From assembly GCA_942493105.1 (NCBI GenBank), contig OW818668.1, forward strand, positions 1,500,001 through 1,532,000: DNA of 32,000 nucleotides, written 5' to 3'. The notes beneath the pieces were generated by a model. It was not told where the DNA came from, did no database searches, and saw nothing but the letters and a program-made list of their open reading frames with translations. This DNA comes from an uncultured Erysipelotrichaceae bacterium. Lineage in GTDB: Bacteria > Bacillota_I > Bacilli_A > Erysipelotrichales > Erysipelotrichaceae. The position numbers and the translations under genes were made by a program. Shown here in pieces: positions 8,815 to 16,742 of the stretch. Each line of letters starts with the position of its first letter. The first letter of the stretch is position 1.

Positions 8815-9312
8815 ATGAGTATGAAAAAAATCTTCGTTTTATTCCTCTGTTTTATAATGATGAGTGGTTGTACCAATGCTACCCAACAAGAAAAACTGAA
8901 ATTTGAAGCCTATAAAACGCTCTATACAGATCTTTTGAATGCGAAGGATTTAAAAACTTCTTCGACTCACTTCTATATTGGACAATCCGTCACTGATCTA
9001 GGGAATCAAACCTATCGTTACGATGTCATCATCGATCGTCCTCAAGTTGCGATGTATGATGTTGAAATCTTACTGATCCATGATGATGGCTCACTGGTTA
9101 TCAGTGAATCCATGATGCCCAGTATTGGGATCTTTGAAGACAAGACGTATTATATGATTCCTAATCAAATCAATAAGCCTGCTAATTATGTTCAAGGATT
9201 TGCGCTTAATGGTATCTCAAAGATGAGACCTATCCATCTTAAAATGGTGGTATCTTGGAAAGATGCATTGACCAAAGTTTATAAAGAATACTTTGACTTC
9301 ACATTAGAATGA
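8815..9312 (+). CDS. hypothetical lipoprotein
   Basis: The signal peptide M(SM)KKIFVLFLCFIMMSGC carries an M-S-G-C lipobox. An alternative start is the ATG at 8821. There is no SD, and TGcTATAAT lies immediately upstream. Confidence 0.6.
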   Translation: MSMKKIFVLFLCFIMMSGCTNATQQEKLKFEAYKTLYTDLLNAKDLKTSSTHFYIGQSVTDLGNQTYRYDVIIDRPQVAMYDVEILLIHDDGSLVISESMMPSIGIFEDKTYYMIPNQINKPANYVQGFALNGISKMRPIHLKMVVSWKDALTKVYKEYFDFTLE

Positions 9313-9313
9313 G

Positions 9314-9339
9314 CCATCTTATCCAAGATGGTTTTTTTT
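9314..9339 (+). terminator. intrinsic terminator ending the tyrS transcription unit
   Basis: Stem ccatctt/aagatgg with a 4-nt loop, followed by T8. Confidence 0.75.
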
Positions 9340-9346
9340 ATGACAT

Positions 9347-9371
9347 AAAAAAACCACTTCAATTGAAGTGG
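9347..9371 (-). terminator. intrinsic terminator of rpsD
   Basis: The minus strand reads ccacttc-aatt-gaagtgg followed by T7, about 10 nt after the rpsD stop. Confidence 0.75.
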
Positions 9372-9381
9372 TGAGATAACA

Positions 9382-10005
9382 TTATCTGTTATAGAATTCG
9401 ACGACTAAGGCTTCGTTGATTTCTTCGTTTAATTCTTTACGTTCAGGCAATCTGACATATTTGCCTTTTTTGTTTTCTTTATCGACTTCTACGAATGCTT
9501 TGGTCGATACAGTAGCATCAAGGGCTTCTTTAATACTAGCGATGTCTTTACTGCCTTCTTTGATCGATACGATCTGACCTGGCTTGACAATGATTGAAGG
9601 AATATCTGCTTTCTTGCCATCCAACAAAACATGGCCGTGATTGACCAATTGACGAGCACCGCGACGGGTGAGGGCGAAGTTCATACGGTAACAAACGTTA
9701 TCCAAACGGCTTTCAAGTAAGAATAAGAAGTTGTGGGCTGTATTGCCTTTGATGTGCTGTGCTTTGACGAATGTGTTGTAGAATTGTCTTTCGTTGATTC
9801 CGTAAATGAAACGGATTCTTTGTTTTTCACGCTGTTGTTGACCGTAGTTGGTCAGTTTAGGAGCACGGCTATCTGGTGCTTTACCTGGTGCTGTGGTTCT
9901 TCCTTTGCGTTTTCCGCCTTTGGTTGAGAATTCAATGCCCGTTTCTAAAACGGAGAACTGAAGACGTCTGGACAGGCGATATACGGGTCCATTAATTCTT
10001 GACAT
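9382..10005 (-). CDS. rpsD: 30S ribosomal protein S4
   Basis: MSRINGPVYRLSRRL..., YGxQxREKQ and an S4 RNA-binding domain (RLDNVCYRMNFALTRRGARQLVNHGHVLLDGKK). GGAGGT SD is at 10015-10020 on the minus strand. The ORF-track start at 10035 would run through the SD. Confidence 0.92.
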   Translation of the reverse strand: MSRINGPVYRLSRRLQFSVLETGIEFSTKGGKRKGRTTAPGKAPDSRAPKLTNYGQQQREKQRIRFIYGINERQFYNTFVKAQHIKGNTAHNFLFLLESRLDNVCYRMNFALTRRGARQLVNHGHVLLDGKKADIPSIIVKPGQIVSIKEGSKDIASIKEALDATVSTKAFVEVDKENKKGKYVRLPERKELNEEINEALVVEFYNR

Positions 10006-10164
10006 AATGTTTTTACCTCCTGGTGGTATGCTCAAATCATCAGGGACAAATCTTCGATTAGGGTGTTCATCTTAGAGATTTCGGCTTTGCAGCATGCTTA
10101 CTTTCTTCCTAAGGTGATGAACGCTTATCTTCACGACTCTGTCTGCCGCGTTTGACGCTTATAA
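10006..10164 (-). promoter_or_regulatory. long structured 5' leader of rpsD (candidate S4 autoregulatory leader)
   Basis: A ~160-nt untranslated region lies between the predicted -10 and the ATG. On the minus strand GUUCAU-CAC-CUUAG pairs with CUAAG-AUGAAC about 45 nt downstream (11 bp with a 3-nt bulge). Smaller hairpins are also present (gcgu-caa-acgc). Confidence 0.4.
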
Positions 10165-10193
10165 AGTTTAGCACTAATGAACTCTTGTGTCAA
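10165..10193 (-). promoter_or_regulatory. candidate sigma-A promoter of rpsD
   Basis: Minus strand: TTGACA (10193-10188), 17 nt spacer, TAAACT (10170-10165). Confidence 0.45.
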
Positions 10194-10204
10194 ATGTAAA
10201 ATCC

Positions 10205-10234
10205 TGCCTAACCAAAAGGCATTTATGATACAAT
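10205..10234 (+). promoter_or_regulatory. candidate extended -10 promoter of ezrA (divergent from rpsD)
   Basis: TGaTACAAT is at 10226-10234. The -35 is weak (TGCCTA). GAGG SD precedes the ATG at 10250. Confidence 0.35.
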
Positions 10235-10249
10235 TAAACCGTGAGGTAA

Positions 10250-11992
10250 ATGATGAGTTGGCAAGCCTTTATCGATATTTTTAAGTCTCAAGAAACACAA
10301 TTGATCGTATTAGGGTTTGGCTTAATCCTATTAAGTTTTTGTTTGTTCTTTTTGTTGCGTAAAGTCAATTTAAGAAAGCGATTACATATCATTGAAGCTA
10401 AATATTCAACCATAAAGAGTTTACCTTTACCCTTTAAAGTCAATAAAGCTTTAGCTTTAGCTAAAGTTAGAGATGAAGTCTTTGTGTTGGCCAATGATTT
10501 TAAGAATGATTTTGACGCCATTCAAGATCGATATAAAAATATCGCTCAAGTTTTGGGAGAATGTGAAGATGAACTCTTAACCAATCACTTCAAAGATTGC
10601 CGATTAGATTTGGAACATCTAGAAGAAGCAGTTCTGAAGTTGGATAAAGATGCTCGAGATCTTGATGCGAAATTAGATGAGATCTTAAAGGAAGAGAATC
10701 AGCAACGTTCACAAATTACTGAGCTCAAAGAACAATTCAGAAACATCAAAAATAGTCTTAATCAACGTAATGCTCAATTATCGATCAGTTGGTCAGTTCT
10801 TCAAGAAAAGATCGGAGATCTTGAAAATATTTTTGTGGTCTTTGAAGAATGGCTGATGGCATCAGAATTCACACGAGCCAAAGAAAAAGTCGTTGAAATT
10901 GAAGCAGGTCTTTTAGAACTGAACACCTTGAATAATATTTTACCGGATCTCATACAAGTAGCTAAAGGCATCATACCCAAACAGATCGATGAGATCGCTC
11001 AGCTTTATACTGAACTTAAAAATGACAAAGTGTATTTGGTACACTTAGAAGTCAAAAAGAATCTTGAACTGGTTTCAAATACCACTAAAGAAGATCTCAT
11101 CAGCTTAAGTCGATGTGTAACCAAAGATATCCAGGAACATCTAAAAGAAAACAATCTTAGACTGATTCAATTATTCGATCAGCTTAAAAAAGAAAAACAA
11201 GCACATCTTGAACTTAAAACGGCGTTTGTTTCCTTGCAAGATAAATTAAAAGCAACACAAAGTTTATTTGATGCGTTATTGACTTTGTCTAAAAAGGAAT
11301 CAAAGCGTTTAGGTGTTAATACCCTGATTGACGCACTTACGACGCATGAAGTTCATTTACAACGGGCCACTGAAGATAAATTAAGAGTCGTTCGATTATA
11401 TGATGATCGCTCAGTGCCGGAAAGCGCTATATTGGTTTCATGCAAAGAAATCCTACAGGATTTAGGATCCCTTTATGATCAACTGTCTCTTCAAAAAGAT
11501 AAACTTACTTCAGCAAAAAATGATGAAGATCGTGCTAAAAAACAGTTGCTTAAACTGTATCTGATCATGAATGAAGTTCAGGTAAAAATTCGAAAATACA
11601 AATTGCCTAATATTTCATCGACTTATGAGGGAGACATCAATCGCGCGTATGGTTTGATTGGGACGATCGATAAATTATTAGATGAAATCCCTTTAAATAT
11701 TGATATGCTTAATAACACGGTCAATGATGCGATTGATGTGGTTTATCGTTTATACAACAATGTGAATAACTTAGTTGGAACTGTCGAGATGATTGAGAAT
11801 ACGATCGTGTTTGCAAACAAATATCGTGTTTATAGTCCTGAAATGGATGCTCAATTGACCCGTGCTGAGCTTTTGTTTAAAAACGGAGATTATACCCAGG
11901 CCATTAAAGTAGCCTTAAATGCAGCCGAAAAAATACAACCCATCAACTATGATGAATTGATCAAGGAGAATTCTAAAAGTGCCCAATCTTAA
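10250..11992 (+). CDS. ezrA: septation ring formation regulator EzrA
   Basis: Single N-terminal TM (LIVLGFGLILLSFCLFFLL) followed by ~550 aa of coiled coil. The C-terminal IENTIVFANKYRVYS...AEKI matches the B. subtilis EzrA QNR-patch region (IEKIIQFGNRYRSQN...). It is adjacent to the cysteine desulfurase and thiI genes, as in Bacillus. Confidence 0.85.
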   Translation: MMSWQAFIDIFKSQETQLIVLGFGLILLSFCLFFLLRKVNLRKRLHIIEAKYSTIKSLPLPFKVNKALALAKVRDEVFVLANDFKNDFDAIQDRYKNIAQVLGECEDELLTNHFKDCRLDLEHLEEAVLKLDKDARDLDAKLDEILKEENQQRSQITELKEQFRNIKNSLNQRNAQLSISWSVLQEKIGDLENIFVVFEEWLMASEFTRAKEKVVEIEAGLLELNTLNNILPDLIQVAKGIIPKQIDEIAQLYTELKNDKVYLVHLEVKKNLELVSNTTKEDLISLSRCVTKDIQEHLKENNLRLIQLFDQLKKEKQAHLELKTAFVSLQDKLKATQSLFDALLTLSKKESKRLGVNTLIDALTTHEVHLQRATEDKLRVVRLYDDRSVPESAILVSCKEILQDLGSLYDQLSLQKDKLTSAKNDEDRAKKQLLKLYLIMNEVQVKIRKYKLPNISSTYEGDINRAYGLIGTIDKLLDEIPLNIDMLNNTVNDAIDVVYRLYNNVNNLVGTVEMIENTIVFANKYRVYSPEMDAQLTRAELLFKNGDYTQAIKVALNAAEKIQPINYDELIKENSKSAQS

Positions 11993-13133
11993 TCCAATTT
12001 ATTTTGACCATGTGTCTAGCACACCTGTTCACCCTGAAGTATTGAAGACCCAAGCTGAGTTATATCCCATCCATTACGCCAACGGAGAAGCCCTGCATGA
12101 TGCAGGGCGTACTATTGCGGAAATGGTTGAAAAGAGCCGAGAAAGTATTGCCATTCTATTGGGTGTAAATCCTGATATGATTACTTTTACTTCTGGGGCG
12201 ACCGAATCAAACAATGCGATCATCAAGGGCATCGCTTTTGCGAATGTCGATAAAGGTCGTCATTTGATCACCACATCCGTTGAACATTCCAGTGTGCTAG
12301 AAAGTTTTAAGCAACTTGAGGATGAATTCGGATTTGAAGTGACTTATTTAGGAGTTGATCAAGATGGACGTATTTCACCTGATGAACTTAAAGCATCACT
12401 TCGGTCGGATACAACTTTGGTTTCAATCATGCATGTCAACAATGAAATAGGGACCATCATGCCGATTGAGCTTTGTGCAAAAATCATCAGAGACAATTCT
12501 AAAGCATATTTTCATGTCGATGAAGTACAAGCCATCGGTAAGATTCCGTTTGACTTAAAGATTGTAGATGCAGCCAGTATGTCTGCTCATAAGATCAATG
12601 GAGTAAAAGGATCGGGTTTGATGATTGTTAAACCTAAGGTCAAGATTTTATCACTGATTACTGGTGGTCAGCAAGAGTTTGGAAGACGAGGTGGAACAGC
12701 CAATGCCATCAATAATATCCTTTTTGCTAAAACCTTACGTTTATCTTTAGCCGAATTTGACAGTCATCTCAAACAAGTGAAACACCTGAATGAATATATA
12801 CGCAAGGCATTGATGCAAATTCCAAAGGTGATCATCAATTCACCTGTAAATGAGGTCTCTTTATTCATCATTAATTTTTCTGTAACTTCCTTAACATCTG
12901 AAGTCTTGTTGAACTGGTTCAATGCACATCATATCTATGTTTCTGCCCAAAGTACCTGTAACAGTAAAACAAAACATGCCTCGATTACGTTAAGTGCCAT
13001 GCATTTGAGCGAAGAAAGACTCAATGGTTCAATTCGCATTGGGATTTCAGCATCCAATACGATTGAAGAAGCTGATTATTTTTTGGATGTCTTAAAAGAA
13101 GGGTTGGTTAAGTATGGATCACCTCACCGCTGA
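11979..13133 (+). CDS. nifZ: class-V aminotransferase-fold cysteine desulfurase (NifZ/IscS-like, ThiI partner)
   Basis: IYFDHVSSTP, FTSGATESNN, the PLP-lysine motif SAHKINGVKG and RxGGT are present. The GTG start has AAGGAGA 9 nt upstream. It overlaps ezrA by 14 nt and is followed by thiI. Confidence 0.8.
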   Translation: MPNLNPIYFDHVSSTPVHPEVLKTQAELYPIHYANGEALHDAGRTIAEMVEKSRESIAILLGVNPDMITFTSGATESNNAIIKGIAFANVDKGRHLITTSVEHSSVLESFKQLEDEFGFEVTYLGVDQDGRISPDELKASLRSDTTLVSIMHVNNEIGTIMPIELCAKIIRDNSKAYFHVDEVQAIGKIPFDLKIVDAASMSAHKINGVKGSGLMIVKPKVKILSLITGGQQEFGRRGGTANAINNILFAKTLRLSLAEFDSHLKQVKHLNEYIRKALMQIPKVIINSPVNEVSLFIINFSVTSLTSEVLLNWFNAHHIYVSAQSTCNSKTKHASITLSAMHLSEERLNGSIRIGISASNTIEEADYFLDVLKEGLVKYGSPHR

Positions 13134-14304
13134 TTTAATAATCGTTCGCTTCGGCGAACTTTCCATTAAAGGGCATAATCGACGTTATTTTGTCAGACAA
13201 CTACAAAACAACATCAAAGCCAAACTTAAGGATTATTCATCGATAAGAGTATTTTCGAAATTTGATCATATTGTTTTACATCTCAATGGGGCTTTTGATG
13301 AACCCATCATTGATGCTTTATCTCATGTTTTTGGAATCGCTTCATTTTCACTTGCGCATAAATGCACCAATACCATTGAAGACATCATTCATACAGCCGT
13401 TGAGTTGATGAAAGATGAAGAAGTGGGGACCTTTAAAGTTGAAACCCATCGTAAAGATAAACACTTACCCTATGATTCAATGGAACTCAATGCGAAAGTA
13501 GGACACTTCATCTTAGAGGCAACTGCTCATAAAGTAGATGTTAAGAATCCTCAAAAACGGGTCAGAATCGAAGTTGACAGCCAACAAGCATATGTCTCTG
13601 TAAAGATCTTTAAAGGTCTTCAAGGCTTTCCAGTTGGGGTACAATCCAAAGCCATGGTCTTGATTTCCGGTGGTATCGATTCTCCAGTTGCGGCCTATTT
13701 AACCATGAAAAGAGGCGTTGAAATTGAAACTGTGCATTTTGCAGCACCTCCCTATACCTCTTCTCAAGCCCTAGAGAAAGTTAAACAGCTTCTTGGGGTA
13801 TTGTGTGCTTATCAACCTGTCATTAAGCTCCATGTGGTTCCATTTACTGCTATACAGCTTGAAATCTATCAGAAAGCAAATCCTTCCTATGCGATTACCT
13901 TGATGCGTCGGCAAATGGTCAGAATTGCCCAAGATCTTGCAAATCAACATAAAGCATTGGCACTAATCACAGGTGAATCACTAGGTCAAGTGGCATCACA
14001 AACCATGGAGTCCATGGCCGTTATATCTGAAGCTGCACAAATAAACATCCTGCGTCCTTTGGTAACTTATGATAAACTAGAAATCATCGAGATCGCAGAG
14101 CGGATCAAATCTTTTACGATATCGATCTTGCCTTTTGAAGATTGCTGCACGATCTTCAGTGTGACCAATCCCATCACAAAACCACGATTAGCAGATGTCA
14201 TCAAAGAAGAACAAAAGTGTGATTTTACAGATATTTATGCGAAGACACTTGCGGATACAGTAACCTATCTTATCGAAGAACCCAAAACAGAAACATATCT
14301 ATAG
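13114..14304 (+). CDS. thiI: tRNA 4-thiouridine(8) synthase
   Basis: N-terminal ferredoxin-like/THUMP region (IIVRFGELSIKG) and PP-loop SGGIDSPVA. Length is 396 aa. Synteny with the desulfurase supports the call. Confidence 0.9.
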   Translation: MDHLTADLIIVRFGELSIKGHNRRYFVRQLQNNIKAKLKDYSSIRVFSKFDHIVLHLNGAFDEPIIDALSHVFGIASFSLAHKCTNTIEDIIHTAVELMKDEEVGTFKVETHRKDKHLPYDSMELNAKVGHFILEATAHKVDVKNPQKRVRIEVDSQQAYVSVKIFKGLQGFPVGVQSKAMVLISGGIDSPVAAYLTMKRGVEIETVHFAAPPYTSSQALEKVKQLLGVLCAYQPVIKLHVVPFTAIQLEIYQKANPSYAITLMRRQMVRIAQDLANQHKALALITGESLGQVASQTMESMAVISEAAQINILRPLVTYDKLEIIEIAERIKSFTISILPFEDCCTIFSVTNPITKPRLADVIKEEQKCDFTDIYAKTLADTVTYLIEEPKTETYL

Positions 14305-14312
14305 GAGGCATC

Positions 14313-15635
14313 ATGGCACTAGAACGTCTATCCAATGCTTTAAGCGAAGCTTTTAAGAAATTAACAAAAACCGATAAAATCAATGAAAGTCATTTAGACA
14401 ACTTACTTAAAGAAGTCAAAGTGGCCCTTTTAGAAGCAGATGTCCATACTTTAGCTGTGGATGACTTTCTTAACAAAATCAAAGATGAAGCTTTAGGTCA
14501 AAAGATCTTTGGCAGTTTAAAACCCAATGAAGCCTTGATGAAGATCGTTTATGATCAATTGGTCGATCTTTTAGGATCCTCAGAAGAAAGTTTTGCTTAT
14601 CCTGCTTCACAGAAGGTAACGATGATGCTGGTTGGTTTACAAGGTTCAGGTAAAACAACTTCTGCAGCTAAATTAGCTCACTTTTTTAAATCGAAAGGTC
14701 GAAAACCTTATCTGATCGCAGCCGATTTGATGCGTCCGGCAGCGATCGATCAGTTGGAAATTTTAGGGACATCCCTTAATGTCAAAGTGTATACCGACAG
14801 AACATCAAAAAATGCTCTACAAGTCGTTAAAGACGGCATCAAAGCCTCAAAAAATGAAAATGTAGATACGATCATTATCGATACGGCTGGACGTTTACAC
14901 ATCGATGAAACCCTAATGAATGAACTTATTAAAATCAAATCGTTTGTCAATCCTACGGAAGTATTACTGACCGTGGATGCTTTAAGCGGCCAAGATGCGA
15001 TGAATGTTGCCGAATCCTTTAATCGATCCCTTAAAATTTCAGGTTTGATCGTAACGAAGTTTGATGGGGATTCAAAAGGCGGTGCTGTATTATCTGCAAA
15101 AACCGTGGCTCAAGTCAATGTCAAATTGGTCGGTACAGGTGAAAAGACCGATGAATATGATCTGTTCTATCCTGATCGTATGGCCAGCCGTTTGATTGGT
15201 GGTGGTGATTTACTCAGTTTAGTAGAACAGGCTCAATCTAAACTCGATACAGATTCACTTGAGCGTTCAGCTCATCGTATTATGGAAGGGCAGTTTGACT
15301 TTAATGATCTCTTGGATCAAATCACACAGATGTCCAAAATGGGCTCTTTGAAGTCAATGTTGAGCATGTTGCCTGGGATGGGTCAAATGGCTCAACAGGT
15401 CAATGATGCGGATTCCAAGGCTTCCATGATCAAAAGTAAAGCCATCATCTTATCAATGACCCCAGATGAGCGTGAAGATGCCTCTTTATTAAGAGCTTCA
15501 CGTAAAAATCGGATCGCAAAAGGTGCCGGAGTCAGTGTTCAAGACGTCAATCGTTTGATCAATCAGTTTGAAAAAACCAAGGAACAAATGCGGATGGTAT
15601 CTAGATTGGCCAAAAATACAAAAGGTTTTAAGTAG
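14313..15635 (+). CDS. ffh: signal recognition particle protein Ffh
   Basis: GLQGSGKTT, DTAGR and TKFDGDSKGG GTPase motifs, plus a Met-rich M domain (MSKMGSLKSMLSMLPGMG). AGGAGG SD is present. Confidence 0.93.
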   Translation: MALERLSNALSEAFKKLTKTDKINESHLDNLLKEVKVALLEADVHTLAVDDFLNKIKDEALGQKIFGSLKPNEALMKIVYDQLVDLLGSSEESFAYPASQKVTMMLVGLQGSGKTTSAAKLAHFFKSKGRKPYLIAADLMRPAAIDQLEILGTSLNVKVYTDRTSKNALQVVKDGIKASKNENVDTIIIDTAGRLHIDETLMNELIKIKSFVNPTEVLLTVDALSGQDAMNVAESFNRSLKISGLIVTKFDGDSKGGAVLSAKTVAQVNVKLVGTGEKTDEYDLFYPDRMASRLIGGGDLLSLVEQAQSKLDTDSLERSAHRIMEGQFDFNDLLDQITQMSKMGSLKSMLSMLPGMGQMAQQVNDADSKASMIKSKAIILSMTPDEREDASLLRASRKNRIAKGAGVSVQDVNRLINQFEKTKEQMRMVSRLAKNTKGFK

Positions 15636-15651
15636 TGTCAAGACAAATACC

Positions 15652-15679
15652 TTGACAGGCATTTATCTTATGATATACT
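15652..15679 (+). promoter_or_regulatory. candidate sigma-A promoter of the rpsP operon
   Basis: TTGACA (15652-15657), 16 nt spacer, TGaTATACT (-10 at 15674-15679). AAGGAGG SD is at 15691-15697. Confidence 0.5.
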
Positions 15680-15705
15680 AAGATGGATTTAAGGAGGAAT
15701 TAACT

Positions 15706-15978
15706 ATGGCCGTAAAACTTCGTTTAAAAAGAATGGGTGCTAAAAAGGATCCGTTCTATCGTATCGTAGCAGCAGATTCACGCTTTCCTAGAGATGGACG
15801 TTTCATTGAAGCCCTCGGTTATTATGATCCGACAGCGAATCCTGTCTCAATCAAAATCGATGAAGCTTTAGCTTTAAAATGGTTAAACAACGGTGCGCAA
15901 CCTTCTGATACCGTCAGAAATTTGTTTTCCCAAGCTGGGATCATGACTAAGTTTCATCAAGAAAAGAACGCTAAGTAA
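15706..15978 (+). CDS. rpsP: 30S ribosomal protein S16
   Basis: [26 protein letters not shown]...GYYDP is canonical S16. Confidence 0.93.
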   Translation: MAVKLRLKRMGAKKDPFYRIVAADSRFPRDGRFIEALGYYDPTANPVSIKIDEALALKWLNNGAQPSDTVRNLFSQAGIMTKFHQEKNAK

Positions 15979-15980
15979 TC

Positions 15981-16229
15981 ATGTTGAGCTTAGAACAGGC
16001 TTTAACGGATCTTATTTCGCCATTGGTAGATGATAAGAACAGTTTAAGCGTCAAACAGATGGATAGTCTGGATGATGGCGAAATCCTGCTTCATGTCTAT
16101 GCCAAAAGTGAAGACGTTGCCCGTTTGATCGGTAAACAAGGATCAATGGCGACAGCCGTTAGAAACATGATGTCTGTTGCATCCCGTCTTGAGAACAAGC
16201 GCATCTCGATTAAGTTTGAATCCTATTAG
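15981..16229 (+). CDS. ylqC: KH-domain RNA-binding protein (YlqC/UPF0109)
   Basis: The GKQG KH signature is present (ARLIGKQGSMATAVRNM). Length is 82 aa. It lies between rpsP and rimM as in Firmicutes. Confidence 0.8.
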   Translation: MLSLEQALTDLISPLVDDKNSLSVKQMDSLDDGEILLHVYAKSEDVARLIGKQGSMATAVRNMMSVASRLENKRISIKFESY

Positions 16230-16251
16230 GATGCCTTGGCATCCTTTTATT
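16228..16251 (+). terminator. terminator-like hairpin between ylqC and rimM (possible internal attenuator)
   Basis: Stem aggatgc/gcatcct (7 bp) with loop cttg, followed by ttttattt. It overlaps the ylqC stop codon. Confidence 0.35.
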
Positions 16252-16256
16252 TCTCT

Positions 16257-16742
16257 ATGAAAAAGATACTGATCGGTGAAATCACAAAAGGATTTGGATT
16301 AAAAGGCGAAGTTAAAATTCGCAATTTTAGTGCGGATCCACAACTGAGATATAAGAAAAAAGCAGTTTTATTCTTTGAACTTGAAGATAAAGCCATGGAA
16401 TTATCGATCGAAACAGTTCGTTTTCATCAAGAAGCTGTTTTGATTAAGTTTGTGGGTTATCCGGATTTGACTTCTGTTGAACCTTTGATCAAAGGCAAAC
16501 TGTATATCAGTTCGGATTCATTACCTAAAGCTATTTATGTGTATCAACTCAAAGAATGCGAGGTTTATGATGAGGCAGGACATCTTTTAGGTCCTGTTAC
16601 AGAAGTCATTGAGAATACGCAATTGATTCTTCGCGTTAAAACAAAAGAACGATCGATTTTGATTCCTTATGTCCCGACTTTCATAAAGCATGTTGATATT
16701 GAACAAAAAAAGATTACGATCCAATGGATGGAGGGTCTATGA
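16257..16742 (+). CDS. rimM: 16S rRNA processing protein RimM
   Basis: MKKILIGEITKGFGLKGEVKIRNFSADP matches the RimM N-terminus (GxxxxxHGxxGEhxh). A PRC-barrel C-terminus is present. The ORF-track TTG at 16236 lies inside the hairpin. No clear SD precedes either start. Confidence 0.82.
   Translation: MKKILIGEITKGFGLKGEVKIRNFSADPQLRYKKKAVLFFELEDKAMELSIETVRFHQEAVLIKFVGYPDLTSVEPLIKGKLYISSDSLPKAIYVYQLKECEVYDEAGHLLGPVTEVIENTQLILRVKTKERSILIPYVPTFIKHVDIEQKKITIQWMEGL

Noticed and set aside
10006-10035. ORF-track extension of rpsD (MSIPPGGKNI...)
   Set aside because: It would translate the GGAGGT Shine-Dalgarno itself. The S4 N-terminus MSRINGPVYR begins at 10005.
15636-15657. Hairpin tgtcaag-N8-cttgaca after ffh as a terminator
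   Set aside because: No U-tract follows. Its 3' arm is the TTGACA -35 of the rpsP promoter. Its function as a terminator is not supported.
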